Virus record (IMG/VR): IMGVR_UViG_3300011339_000401 | Coordinates: 1 to 63,862 of that record | Direction: 5' to 3' (one strand) | Source: a virus | Lineage: Duplodnaviria; Caudoviricetes | Length of the DNA: 63,862 nt | In this document: one piece after another, positions 26,417 through 36,513 of the stretch | Numbering within the stretch: the stretch's first letter is position 1 | Layout of the letters: the number at the start of each line of letters is the position of its first letter | Made by a program: the position numbers and the translations under genes | The notes under the pieces: model-generated | The model's database searches: none | What the model was told of the DNA's origin: nothing | What the model saw: only the letters and a program-made list of their open reading frames with translations

Positions 26417-27150
26417 TGTGGCCCTTCAAGAAACGAGAGCTTGATATCGAGTTCGTGGACTCCACATACAAAGCGTTCATGCGCAACCCCGTCATGCGCG
26501 CATCAGACGTACAGCCCCGCTGTTACGCTCCCCAGAAAGAAAAGTTTGGTAAGGTGCGGTTCCCGCAGTGCCCCAGTATGATCGACTACGCCCGCATGGG
26601 GTACATAATTCCCGCATGGGCGGACATGCACATCCTCGCCAATAAAGCCGGAGTGTCCTACCGCCTCGGCGCTAAGCAGCGCGGCTCCCCGTTTGCCGCT
26701 GGGCGTCCAATGGACGCTAGTATTATCGAGGGGGTACTCGATCCCGAAGACGACGTACCACTTACGGTTATCCACTTTGGGTCGCCATGGAGTATCTTCG
26801 CTGCAAAGGGGGTATCCGCGCTTCTAATGCCCGCTACCTACCATTCAGACTTTCTTGACGATCTCATGATATTACCGGGCGCGGTGGATTACGATAAGTT
26901 CCACACGGTCGCCATGATCTGTGCGCCTCGCCGCGCCTGCAATATCCACATCCGTGCTGGGGACCCACTACTTCATGTCCTACCCTTCCGTACAGAGGAT
27001 ATCAAAGGGGGCTTTGGCCCCGCCAGCATTGAACAACATGGCGAGCTAGCAAACCAGATGTACACTGGAAATTCGCAAATTTACCGTAAGATGTATCAAA
27101 CCATAAAGAAATTCACGCTTTCACTTACTAACAAGACCCCGCCACCATAG
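26416..27150 (+). CDS. Uncharacterised protein (DUF6065-like), paralog 2
   Basis: QCPS..D....GYIIP, SPW, PGAVDYD, IRAGDPL; TGATG coupling. Confidence 0.7.
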   Translation: MWPFKKRELDIEFVDSTYKAFMRNPVMRASDVQPRCYAPQKEKFGKVRFPQCPSMIDYARMGYIIPAWADMHILANKAGVSYRLGAKQRGSPFAAGRPMDASIIEGVLDPEDDVPLTVIHFGSPWSIFAAKGVSALLMPATYHSDFLDDLMILPGAVDYDKFHTVAMICAPRRACNIHIRAGDPLLHVLPFRTEDIKGGFGPASIEQHGELANQMYTGNSQIYRKMYQTIKKFTLSLTNKTPPP

Positions 27151-27216
27151 GGCTAGCGTAATGTGTATGTTTGTGTTAGGGTTGTATGGCCCGAAGTCTC
27201 GGTAGAAAGTTAGTTA

Positions 27217-27642
27217 ATGGCAAAACTTGGCCCTGTTAAGTACCTCACAATCCACTGCGCGGCTACGCCAGAAGGACGTCATGTCACGCATGAGCAGATA
27301 ACAGAGTGGGACAAAGCCAAGTTCGGTCAGACTAGCTACCACTGGGTAGTCGAGCTAGACGGTATCATGCACCGCACGTTGCGAGACGACCAAAAAGGTG
27401 CGCACGTAGGCGGGGCTAACACAGGTAATATTGGTATCTGCTACATTGGCGGTGTTGATAAGAAGCTGAACCCCAAAGACACTCGTACAGATATACAAAA
27501 GAAGTCGCTTCTTACACTCGTTAGGACGTATAAGAGCCGATATCCGGGTATCATCATTCGCGGTCACCGCGACTGGCCCGGTGTTAACAAAGCCTGCCCG
27601 TCATTTGATGTAGCGGCATGGCTAAAAGAAATGGGAGAATAA
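27217..27642 (+). CDS. Endolysin, N-acetylmuramoyl-L-alanine amidase (T7 lysozyme-like)
   Basis: TIHCAAT, YH, GAHV, IGICYIGG, GHRD...KACPSF. Confidence 0.93.
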   Translation: MAKLGPVKYLTIHCAATPEGRHVTHEQITEWDKAKFGQTSYHWVVELDGIMHRTLRDDQKGAHVGGANTGNIGICYIGGVDKKLNPKDTRTDIQKKSLLTLVRTYKSRYPGIIIRGHRDWPGVNKACPSFDVAAWLKEMGE

Positions 27643-27644
27643 TT

Positions 27645-27815
27645 ATGGGTAAGCTTAAAGGTAAAAAGACTTACATCGTTGGTGGCCTTGGTATCCTCGG
27701 TGCTGTTGCCAGCTTCCTTGTTGGTGACGCTAATGCTATAGAAGCAGGCCAGATGGTTATTACGGCTGTCCTTGGTATGACGGTTCGCAATGCAATCAGC
27801 AACGAATTTAGGTAA
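27645..27815 (+). CDS. Holin (putative)
   Basis: LKGKKTYI plus two hydrophobic segments; directly after the endolysin. Confidence 0.7.
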   Translation: MGKLKGKKTYIVGGLGILGAVASFLVGDANAIEAGQMVITAVLGMTVRNAISNEFR

Positions 27816-27853
27816 TATCTAACCCGTAGCGAAGCGAAGGAGGGGGCTTACAC

Positions 27854-28582
27854 ATGTTTGGTTTTACCTCCTTCGCGGCTGCACCGTTTGCGGATCGTGG
27901 TGTTATCCCCGACGTTAGCGTCAGCCTAACTAGCGTCTCAGCCACTGGTTCTATCGGCACAGTTGACATTTTTGTCGGTAACGGTGAGATCGTTACAGGC
28001 GTTTCGGCTACCGGCTCTATCGACACAACAACTGTTACTGCCCGAGCCAATGTACCCCTAACTGGGGTTTCAGCAAACGGTTTGCTAGGTATAGCCTCGA
28101 CACCCGAGAGCGTATCTACTACACTTACAGGCGTCTCGGCTACTGGCTCTATCGGCACAGTTACGCTAATCACAGTCATCATAAATCTCACTGGGGTCTC
28201 AGCTACCGGGGATATTGGCACAGTTACCGTAGCTGCCGCAGCCAACGCTACCGTAACAGGCGTTGAGGCTACTGGTTCTCTCGGTACAGTTAATGACTCT
28301 GCCTCAGCCAGTGTCACTCTCACAGGTGTCGGTGCTACAGGCTCCCTCGGCACTGCTGTTGTTACGATCCCCCAAAGTGTGGACGTTACCGGTGTTGATG
28401 CCACTGGATTTATTGGCACTACTAGCGTAAGACTGGGGGCTACGGTATTTTTAACAGGAGTCTCGGCTATTGGGTCTGTTACTAGCCCGCTTGTTTGGCA
28501 GCAGATAAACGATAACCAGACACCTAATTGGGTACCTGTTAACGATGGAAATACAGTGACTTGGGTGCAAATCCCAACATAA
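27854..28582 (+). CDS. Repetitive Thr/Val/Gly-rich fibre or collar protein
   Basis: About nine TGVxATGxxGTV repeats; AGGAGG RBS. Confidence 0.8.
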   Translation: MFGFTSFAAAPFADRGVIPDVSVSLTSVSATGSIGTVDIFVGNGEIVTGVSATGSIDTTTVTARANVPLTGVSANGLLGIASTPESVSTTLTGVSATGSIGTVTLITVIINLTGVSATGDIGTVTVAAAANATVTGVEATGSLGTVNDSASASVTLTGVGATGSLGTAVVTIPQSVDVTGVDATGFIGTTSVRLGATVFLTGVSAIGSVTSPLVWQQINDNQTPNWVPVNDGNTVTWVQIPT

Positions 28583-28591
28583 GGAACGAAG

Positions 28592-30124
28592 ATGGCAAGT
28601 ACATATAGTAACCTTAAAATCCAGTTGATGGCCACTGGCGAGAACTCCACCACATGGGGTAACGTCACGAATATCAATCTAGGTACAGCGCTTGAAGAAG
28701 CTATCGTCGGTTCGGTGGATGTAGCTTTCTCCAGTGCTGACGTCACCCTTACTTTGACGGATACTAATGCTACGCAGTCTGCGCGTAACATGCGTCTGAA
28801 CCTTACAGGTACTGCTACTTCTGGCTACAACCTTATTGTCCCTGCGATTGAGAAGCCATATATCATCAACAACGCCACTGACGGCACGATCACAGTCAAG
28901 AACGCCACGGGCACCGGTATCGCGGTCCCCACTGGTAAAACCATGTGGGTCTACAACAATGGCACTAACGTAGTAGCTGTAACTACTCATCTTACATCGC
29001 TTACACTTGGTGCTGCTCTTCCGGTTGCGTCTGGCGGTACCGGCCAAAACACTTACACCGATGGTCAGTTGCTGATTGGCAATTCCACCGGCAACACGCT
29101 CACCAAGGCCACACTGACCGCAGGCTCTGGTATAGTTATCACAAACGGTGCTGGCTCTATTAGTATCGCGTCATCTGGCGGCGGGGGTTCCGTAACTTCG
29201 GTTAACGCCACAACGGCGATTAGCGGCCTATCCTTCTCGGGCGGTCCAATCACTGGGGCTGGCACCCTAACTCTTAGTGGTACGTTAGGCGTAGCAGGTG
29301 GTGGCACAGGACTTGCTACACTGACCGCAGGCGCGGTGCTTATTGGTGCTGGTACTTCGAATGTATTGTCTGTTTCCCCCGGCACTACAAATAACGTGCT
29401 TACCTCGAACGGGACTACATGGGTTTCTCAAGCCGGTAGTGGCACCGGCACCGTCACCTCAGTTTCTGTAGTCTCTACGAATGGTTTCGCGGGTACGGTG
29501 GCCACGGCTAATGTGACACCTGCTATAACGATCACGACCACAATCACGGGTATCATGAAAGGTAATGGTACCTCAGTCTCTTCGGCTACCGCTGGCACGG
29601 ACTACGTTGTTCCGGGCGGCGCACTGGGTACGCCTTCATCTGGTACGCTGACAAACTGCACATTCCCAACACTTAACCAGAACACCACAGGCAGCGCAGC
29701 TACGTTTACAAGCACTAGTCAAAATTCCCAATTCAACTCTGTCGGTGTCGGCACTGCTGGCTCTGGCACTGCGGGTGAAATCCGTGCGACCAACAACGTC
29801 ACTGCTTATTACTCGTCAGATGCGCGGCTGAAGGAAAACGTACAGACAATCGACAATGCTCTTGGTATCGTGTCTGCTGTTGGTGGTAAGACCTTCGACT
29901 GGACCCAAGAATATATCGCTGAACATGGCGGTGAGGATGGCTACTTTGTTCGTAAGAGTGACTTCGGTGTCATTGCGCAGGATGTGCAAGCTGTATTCCC
30001 TGTAGCCGTCCGCGAACGCGGTGATGGCACACTGGCTGTTGACTACGAGAAACTGGTCGCTGTAGCCTTCCAAGCCATTGCTGAACTACGCGCCGAGGTA
30101 GAGGCACTGAAGAATGACGCTTAA
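28592..30124 (+). CDS. Tail fibre with C-terminal Peptidase_S74 intramolecular chaperone
   Basis: SDARLKENV...GVIAQDV...VDYEKL...AIAEL; GGTG and VTSV fibre repeats. Confidence 0.9.
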   Translation: MASTYSNLKIQLMATGENSTTWGNVTNINLGTALEEAIVGSVDVAFSSADVTLTLTDTNATQSARNMRLNLTGTATSGYNLIVPAIEKPYIINNATDGTITVKNATGTGIAVPTGKTMWVYNNGTNVVAVTTHLTSLTLGAALPVASGGTGQNTYTDGQLLIGNSTGNTLTKATLTAGSGIVITNGAGSISIASSGGGGSVTSVNATTAISGLSFSGGPITGAGTLTLSGTLGVAGGGTGLATLTAGAVLIGAGTSNVLSVSPGTTNNVLTSNGTTWVSQAGSGTGTVTSVSVVSTNGFAGTVATANVTPAITITTTITGIMKGNGTSVSSATAGTDYVVPGGALGTPSSGTLTNCTFPTLNQNTTGSAATFTSTSQNSQFNSVGVGTAGSGTAGEIRATNNVTAYYSSDARLKENVQTIDNALGIVSAVGGKTFDWTQEYIAEHGGEDGYFVRKSDFGVIAQDVQAVFPVAVRERGDGTLAVDYEKLVAVAFQAIAELRAEVEALKNDA

Positions 30125-30668
30125 CTCCTCAGGACCGATCAGCTTAGGCGGCACTGGCACAAACTCGTCCATCAACCTCGAGTTAAGCCAATCTGCCACT
30201 GCACAGATTTCAATGAACGATACCAACGTGCGTACGCTAGCTGGGGTGGCATCTGGTGCCATTGTCATGCCGACCAACTTCTACGGTAAGAGCGCGGGCG
30301 CTACTGTTAATTTCGTAAACGTAAATGTTACGGCTGCTGGTGTTCCTTCTCAATCTGCGGGGTACCAAGTCAACACAGATGGTTTTGATTACCAAAGAAT
30401 TAACGGTGTCGATACACAGCTTGCCCAGTGGGTGACACCGTCTTCCGCAGGTGGAAACTACGAAGTTTTTGCAACAGTCACCAGTGGCAGTGTAAGCTCA
30501 GGCACTACAGGTTCTTGGGTCGCTACCTCTGGAAGCCCGCTGTGGACACGGGTGGCGGCTATAGCAGGCACCATCAATACTGTAGTCCTGTCTATGGAGG
30601 TTCGTGCGGTAAGCACCACTACAGTTCTTGATACATGGACCGTAACCCTTGAGGCTGAGAGGTTCTAA
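30114..30668 (+). CDS. Fibre-tip adhesin / receptor-binding accessory protein (putative)
   Basis: N-terminal L.SSGPISL...FYGKS block; directly after the S74 fibre. Confidence 0.65.
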   Translation: MTLNSSGPISLGGTGTNSSINLELSQSATAQISMNDTNVRTLAGVASGAIVMPTNFYGKSAGATVNFVNVNVTAAGVPSQSAGYQVNTDGFDYQRINGVDTQLAQWVTPSSAGGNYEVFATVTSGSVSSGTTGSWVATSGSPLWTRVAAIAGTINTVVLSMEVRAVSTTTVLDTWTVTLEAERF

Positions 30669-32581
30669 TGCCCTTCATCAAGCTCCAGTTTAAACCCGGT
30701 GTGAACCGCGACCAGACCGACTACTCCAACGAGGGTGGCTGGTATGAGTGCGACAAGATACGGTTTCGCTCGGGTTATCCTGAGAAGATTGGTGGCTGGC
30801 TGAAGTCCTCCCCTACTGCGTTTGCTGGCGTGTGCCGCCAGATGTGGAACTGGATCACATCCTACTCGGATGACTTCCTTGCGCTTGGTACAAACGAACG
30901 TATCTATATCGAAGCAGGCGGTGTATATTACGACATAACCCCCTTTGACCCGGCGCTGGCTGGATCGAATACATTTGCGGTAACCAACACCCTTAAAGTG
31001 GTTACGGTAACCACAACAACTACGCTTCCTACATGGCTTGATACCGGCGAGACTGTTAAGATTGCTGGTTTTGCTTCGGCACTTGGTGGTATACCTATCA
31101 TTCAACTTAACGGGGACCGCACCGTTACAGTAACAGGAACCAATAGCTTCACGTTCACTACGACAACGGCAGCGACTTCTAATACCTCCGTAAGTGGCGT
31201 AGGGTACACTGTGCAGACTGAAATTGCACCGGGTAACGCTATTGCCATTGGTGGTTATGGCTGGGGTGTTGGCACATGGGGGCGTGATGCTTGGGGTCTT
31301 GGTACTACCGGCGCGCCTGTTAGCCTACCGCAGCGTGACTGGTGGTTTGACAACTTCGATAACGACCTTGTGATGAATATCCGCAACGGTGCGGGTTACT
31401 GGTGGTATCGCCAAGCTACTTCCGACCCTGCGTCATCCTTGGCTACACATGCTATAACTCTGCAAGCTTACGCAACAGCCGAGAGTAAGGATGCTACTTA
31501 CGTACCAACTCAAATTATGCAGTTGCTGGTATCCCAGCAGGATAAGCATCTTCTCGCTTTTGGCTGCGACTTTGGTAGCGTACTCCCTAACTCCTATGAC
31601 CCACTTCTTATCCGTTGGGCTTCGCAGGATTCTCCGGGTGACTGGGTTCCATCAGCAACTTCCTCGGCTGGTGACCTTCGTGTTTCTCGTGGTTCGCGGA
31701 TTGTCCGTGCCCTACCCACACGGCAGGAAATCTTAGTCTGGACCGATACCCACCTTTACACACTTCAGTTCCTCGGTACTGCGGACGTATTTGGTCTTCA
31801 GGAATATGCGGATAACATCTCCATAGCTTCCCCACGAGCTATAGCGTCTGCATCTAACGTCGTCTACTGGATGGGGCAAGACAAGTTCTATGCTTATACC
31901 GGTCGTGTTGAGACGCTGCCTTGTACCTTACGTAACCATGTGTTTGAGAATATTAACTTTGCTCAATCTGACCAGATCGTCTGCGGGACCAACGAGCAGT
32001 GGAACGAAGTCTGGTGGTTCTACCCCACGGCAGACAGCGACTATAACAACGCCTATGTCATCTATAACCACCTCGAACAAATCTGGTACTATGGCAGCAT
32101 TGACCGTACGGCATGGCTTGATACTCCGCTGCGCCGCTACCCACAGGCTACAAACACGCCGGTTAGCAATGGTGGGGCTACCGTAGGTTCTGGGTATCTA
32201 TACTCCCACGAGAACGGTATTGATGACGATGCTCTTCCGATTGATGCCTACATTCAATCATCACCCTTTGATATCGGGGACGGCGATAACTTCATGTTAA
32301 TCCGTCGTATTATACCTGACGTTAATTTTGATGGCGCAACCGCAGCAAATGCTACAGCAACGCTAACCATAATCCCGCGTAACTTCCCCGGTGGTTCGGC
32401 CCAGTCTGACCCTACGGATAACCAGAATGTTATTGAAAGTACGCTTGGTACCTATACCGATCAGGTCTTTATGCGTGCCCGTGCGCGTCAAATGGCGTTT
32501 AAGATTAGGTCTACTGATCTTGGTGTCCAGTGGCAGCTTGGTGCGCCACGACTCGATGCTCGTCAGGATGGTTCACGCTAA
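30668..32581 (+). CDS. Tail nozzle / DNA stabilisation protein (P22 gp10-like)
   Basis: 637 aa, beta-propeller-like; IRWASQD, VYWMG, EVWWFYP; precedes the ejection genes. Confidence 0.75.
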   Translation: MPFIKLQFKPGVNRDQTDYSNEGGWYECDKIRFRSGYPEKIGGWLKSSPTAFAGVCRQMWNWITSYSDDFLALGTNERIYIEAGGVYYDITPFDPALAGSNTFAVTNTLKVVTVTTTTTLPTWLDTGETVKIAGFASALGGIPIIQLNGDRTVTVTGTNSFTFTTTTAATSNTSVSGVGYTVQTEIAPGNAIAIGGYGWGVGTWGRDAWGLGTTGAPVSLPQRDWWFDNFDNDLVMNIRNGAGYWWYRQATSDPASSLATHAITLQAYATAESKDATYVPTQIMQLLVSQQDKHLLAFGCDFGSVLPNSYDPLLIRWASQDSPGDWVPSATSSAGDLRVSRGSRIVRALPTRQEILVWTDTHLYTLQFLGTADVFGLQEYADNISIASPRAIASASNVVYWMGQDKFYAYTGRVETLPCTLRNHVFENINFAQSDQIVCGTNEQWNEVWWFYPTADSDYNNAYVIYNHLEQIWYYGSIDRTAWLDTPLRRYPQATNTPVSNGGATVGSGYLYSHENGIDDDALPIDAYIQSSPFDIGDGDNFMLIRRIIPDVNFDGATAANATATLTIIPRNFPGGSAQSDPTDNQNVIESTLGTYTDQVFMRARARQMAFKIRSTDLGVQWQLGAPRLDARQDGSR

Positions 32582-33696
32582 TGGCTATGGACAAATTCCG
32601 GTTTCCGCCGTTATCCAACGCACCGTCTGCGTACGACGCGCAATACATACGACAAGTGCTACGTACACTGGAAATTTATTTCTCGCAGCTTGACTCACGC
32701 ACGCCAAACAACGCTGAGAAGTATACGGCTGATACGTTTCAGCTAAACACAACCGCGACGGTAGCCCCTACATTAGGTAGCATATCGTGGAACGCATCTG
32801 ACCAGACGATTGACATCGGCATGGAATATGGCGTCATCCAGCAAGTAGGGGAAGAGCAGTATGCGCGGGTGCGTAACAATACTGGCTCGACTATCCCCAA
32901 CGGGAGCGTCGTCTATTACACTGGTACGGTCCCCGATAATGCGCTTTCAGTTGCGCCTTATATAGCTAACGGTACAATCAACCAACTATATACCGTCGGC
33001 ATTATGACGCATGACCTGCCTGATACAGGCCAGAAGGGTTACTGCACGACCTTTGGTTTTGTGCGTGGGCTAAATACTAGCGGATATACCGTGACGGATG
33101 TAATATACGCTTCTCCGACAACCGCAGGTGCGTTCACTAAGGTAAAGCCTACTGCGCCGAATAATGTCATTCCACTTGGAGTCGTGATTACCGTCAGCGC
33201 GACGGATGGGGTTATCTTTGTCCGCCCGACAATCGAGCAAGAACGTTACTACGGCGAGTTTACCAAGACAGATACGCAGACACCGGCTGCTACCAATACC
33301 GCTTACGCACTAACCTTTACTAGTACTGAGTTAGCACAGGGTGTCTCACGGGGAACACCGACATCGCGCATCATCATTGCTAATGCTGGCCTTTATAATT
33401 TTGCTGTATCGGTACAGATCACATCCACCAACTCTTCGCAGAAATCCATTTGGGTTTGGTTGCGTAAAAATGGTACGACCAACTTCCCAAACTCTGCCCG
33501 TATTGCGTCAATTACACTTAACAACGGGTACTTAGTGATATCACTAAACGAGGTGAACTCTATGCTTGCCGGGGATTACATCGAGGTAATGTACGCTGCG
33601 GACAACACCAACGTCAGTATCGCCACCGTTGCTGCCACGGCGTTCGCACCCGCTGCACCTGCCGCTATTCTGGCAGTCACACAGACAGAGCAATAG
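32581..33696 (+). CDS. Tail-associated structural protein
   Basis: TAATG-coupled; C-terminal beta-sandwich-like AGLYNF..SVQ...VWLRKNG. Confidence 0.75.
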   Translation: MAMDKFRFPPLSNAPSAYDAQYIRQVLRTLEIYFSQLDSRTPNNAEKYTADTFQLNTTATVAPTLGSISWNASDQTIDIGMEYGVIQQVGEEQYARVRNNTGSTIPNGSVVYYTGTVPDNALSVAPYIANGTINQLYTVGIMTHDLPDTGQKGYCTTFGFVRGLNTSGYTVTDVIYASPTTAGAFTKVKPTAPNNVIPLGVVITVSATDGVIFVRPTIEQERYYGEFTKTDTQTPAATNTAYALTFTSTELAQGVSRGTPTSRIIIANAGLYNFAVSVQITSTNSSQKSIWVWLRKNGTTNFPNSARIASITLNNGYLVISLNEVNSMLAGDYIEVMYAADNTNVSIATVAATAFAPAAPAAILAVTQTEQ

Positions 33697-33748
33697 GTAT
33701 TTTAATTTTCGGTATATTAGTGCTATAGCAGTAGTGATAAGGTAGGGA

Positions 33749-35239
33749 ATGACGATGGACCAGCAAATGGCACAACCGTATGGCGGCATGACAGGCGGAG
33801 GATTACCTGCGCTTAGCTACCCTATGGCTCCTATGGCCCAGCAGGTTCAGTCGCAAGGTCGCGGCGAAGATACAATGCTCGTGCACATGACCCCCGGTGA
33901 GATTAATAGTCTTCAGGGCCTAGCTATGGCACACGGTGGCTCCCTTACAATCAACCCGGAAACAGGTCTTCCCGAAGCTGGTTTCTTAGGTAACATCCTT
34001 AAGAAACTAGCGCCTACACTTATTGGAGCCGCCTTAGCGGCTACTGGCATCGGTGCCCCACTTGCTGCTGGCCTTGTTGCTGCTGGCTCTGTCGCTAAAA
34101 CAGGTAGCCTTAAGAAAGGTCTGATGGCTGGCCTCAGCGCATATGGCGGCGCTTCACTTGCTGGTGGTGTAGGTCTAGGCGGTTCCATTTCTAAAAACGC
34201 TTTCGGTACGCTTGGCAGTAAAGCGGGTATCTTCGGCGCTAATATGGGCCTAGGTGCTATTGCACCTACTATTACTCCTGCACTTACAAATGTAGCGACT
34301 GCTGGGGACCTTTCCAATGTAGCGGCTCAAGCTGCGCAGGGTGCTGGTACCACTGCGGCTAAACAAGGTCTTGCTGGGGTTGCACAGGGCTTTGGTCAAA
34401 CAGCAGCACGCGGACTTCCGGGCGGCATCATTAGTAAGGCGGCTCCCATGCTAGCTGCTTCTGGTCTTATGCAGGGTGTTAGCGGCGCGTTGGCTCCCTC
34501 CGCTGGTGGTAGTGGTGGCGGTATACCCGGGGCAGATGGTCGGGTGGATAACTCATATCAAGGGCCGTACTACGCGCAGGATCGTAAACAAATCATGGAC
34601 CCCGGTGGTGCTAACTCGTCGAAGCAGCGTCGTTTCTTCGAGGTAGCCATGCCTGAAATCTACAACACTATGGGTCAGGTTGTGCAGCCGGGGTCCAATA
34701 CCGTTCGTGGTACGCAGATCATGCAGCCAATGTTAAATCCGAACGCTAAAAAATCAAAGGACGACAAGGGCAAGCCGATGTACTCATTTGTCCCTGTGGA
34801 ATACCAAGGTGGTATTGCCCCTCCGCAAGGTATGGTTGCTCCCAATCAGGACGATATGTATAACTACACGGGCTACGCTCACGGTGGTGAGGTCCAGCTA
34901 TCCGATGGAGCCTTTGTACTCGATGCCCGCACGGTGTCTGAGATTGGTAACGGTAGCAGCAATGCTGGTATGGAAGCGCTTAGCCGCATGGGTGGTCGCC
35001 CAGTGCAAGGCCCGGGTGACGGCGTAAGTGATAGTGTCCCTGCCCGTATTGGTAGGGATCAACCTGCTCGTGTTGCTCGGGACGAAGTAATTATGCCCGC
35101 AAATGTGGTTCGTCGCATTGGTAAGGGTAACCCCCAACGGGGTGCAGATAAGCTATACGCTCTTATGGACAAGGCGCATAAGGCACGGAAACAGGCAGGG
35201 CGTGGTCACGATACCAAGCTAGCTCGTGGGTTAGGATAA
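33749..35239 (+). CDS. Internal virion/ejection protein 1
   Basis: GRGEDTMLVH...INPETGLPEA, hydrophobic Gly/Ala core, GPGDGVSDSVPA. Confidence 0.75.
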   Translation: MTMDQQMAQPYGGMTGGGLPALSYPMAPMAQQVQSQGRGEDTMLVHMTPGEINSLQGLAMAHGGSLTINPETGLPEAGFLGNILKKLAPTLIGAALAATGIGAPLAAGLVAAGSVAKTGSLKKGLMAGLSAYGGASLAGGVGLGGSISKNAFGTLGSKAGIFGANMGLGAIAPTITPALTNVATAGDLSNVAAQAAQGAGTTAAKQGLAGVAQGFGQTAARGLPGGIISKAAPMLAASGLMQGVSGALAPSAGGSGGGIPGADGRVDNSYQGPYYAQDRKQIMDPGGANSSKQRRFFEVAMPEIYNTMGQVVQPGSNTVRGTQIMQPMLNPNAKKSKDDKGKPMYSFVPVEYQGGIAPPQGMVAPNQDDMYNYTGYAHGGEVQLSDGAFVLDARTVSEIGNGSSNAGMEALSRMGGRPVQGPGDGVSDSVPARIGRDQPARVARDEVIMPANVVRRIGKGNPQRGADKLYALMDKAHKARKQAGRGHDTKLARGLG

Positions 35240-35245
35240 TTTGTA

Positions 35246-36508
35246 ATGGCTACTAGTACACAAAATGTTACCAACGTTACATCGAACATCGGTGCGGCTC
35301 AACAGCCGTACTATAACATGGCTATGCAAGGTGCAGCAGGGCTGCTCACTGCTCCGACCCCTCTCTATGACCGTGACCGCCTTGAGGGATTCACGCAGCA
35401 GCAGAAAAACATACAGGGTCAAATAGCTGGGATGCAGACACCGGGCCAGTTTGGTCAGGCTACAGACCTTACAAACCAAGCTGGGATTGCGGCGCTAAAC
35501 GCAGGTAATTACGACCCTGCTGCTCAGTATGGCGCTACCAGCTACGCTCCCGCTGCTCAGTATGCCCCTTCGCAGTTTGGTGTGCAACAGGTCCAGAACC
35601 CAAACCTTAATACGTATCAGATGAATCAAGCTCAGCAGTTTGGTAATGAACAAGCTCAGCAGTATATGTCGCCTTACTTCCAGAATGTGCTGGATGTCCA
35701 AAAGCAGCGTGCCCAAGAAGACGCTCAGAAATCCCAACTGATGCAAAACTTGGGTGCGAGCCGTCAGGGTACTTATGGTGGTAGCCGCCAGCTTCTTGCT
35801 GGGCTTACCCGCGAACGTGATCTTGGTCGCCAGATGGGTGATATCCAAGCTGCGGGTCTTCAGTCTGCCTATGACAACGCCCAGCAGCAGTTTGAGCGTG
35901 ACCGCACCGCAGGGTTCAACGTCAACAACGCCAACCTCAATGCAGCGCTTGGTGTACAAGAATTGGGAGCTAGAAATAGCCTTCAGTCACAGCTTGCTAA
36001 TCAGCAGTACGGCCTTGAGGGTCAACGCCTTGGTGAACAGTCTCGCCAGTTCGGTGCTGACTTCGGTGAGAAATCCCGTCAGTTTGGTGCTGACTTAGGT
36101 GAGAGGTCGCGCCAGTTCGGTGCTGACTTTGGTGAGAAATCTCGGCAGTTTGGCGCAGCACAAGCTCTTTCCTCTGCTCAAGCGGCAGGGCAGATGGGTC
36201 AGACACTTGCCAATATTGGTCAGGTACAGCAGCAGGCGGATGCCCAGCGTCTTGGAATGCAGCAGTCGACGGCTGCGCAGGAGCAGGCACTTGAGCAGCA
36301 GAAGCGCGACCTTGACTATGCGGACTTCCAGAAGGAAGCTAACGATCCGTACGCACGGCTTCAACAGTACATGAACCTGATGAGCGGTGTGCCGAACGCT
36401 ATGAACACCACGACAACGACGAGCGCACCGGGACCCGGCCTTGCACAACAGCTTGCGGGTGCTGGACTAGGTGCATATAGCACGTACAAGATGTTTAGCG
36501 GAGGTTAA
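35246..36508 (+). CDS. Ejection / DNA transfer (pilot-like) protein 2
   Basis: Gln/Ala/Gly-rich; YMSPY, GTYGGSR; four SRQFGA repeats of 33-nt period near 36041-36157. Confidence 0.75.
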   Translation: MATSTQNVTNVTSNIGAAQQPYYNMAMQGAAGLLTAPTPLYDRDRLEGFTQQQKNIQGQIAGMQTPGQFGQATDLTNQAGIAALNAGNYDPAAQYGATSYAPAAQYAPSQFGVQQVQNPNLNTYQMNQAQQFGNEQAQQYMSPYFQNVLDVQKQRAQEDAQKSQLMQNLGASRQGTYGGSRQLLAGLTRERDLGRQMGDIQAAGLQSAYDNAQQQFERDRTAGFNVNNANLNAALGVQELGARNSLQSQLANQQYGLEGQRLGEQSRQFGADFGEKSRQFGADLGERSRQFGADFGEKSRQFGAAQALSSAQAAGQMGQTLANIGQVQQQADAQRLGMQQSTAAQEQALEQQKRDLDYADFQKEANDPYARLQQYMNLMSGVPNAMNTTTTTSAPGPGLAQQLAGAGLGAYSTYKMFSGG

Positions 36509-36513
36509 TAACG

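Noticed and set aside
27808-28791. 327-aa antisense ORF (and similar ones at 18134..18838, 23672..24439, 43439..44134)
   Set aside because: Shadow or alternative frames of repetitive or biased real genes; no RBS, no motifs, and mostly against operon direction.
23144-29170. Diversity-generating retroelement TR/VR pair
   Set aside because: No reverse transcriptase; differences are not adenine-specific and both copies are internal coding modules.
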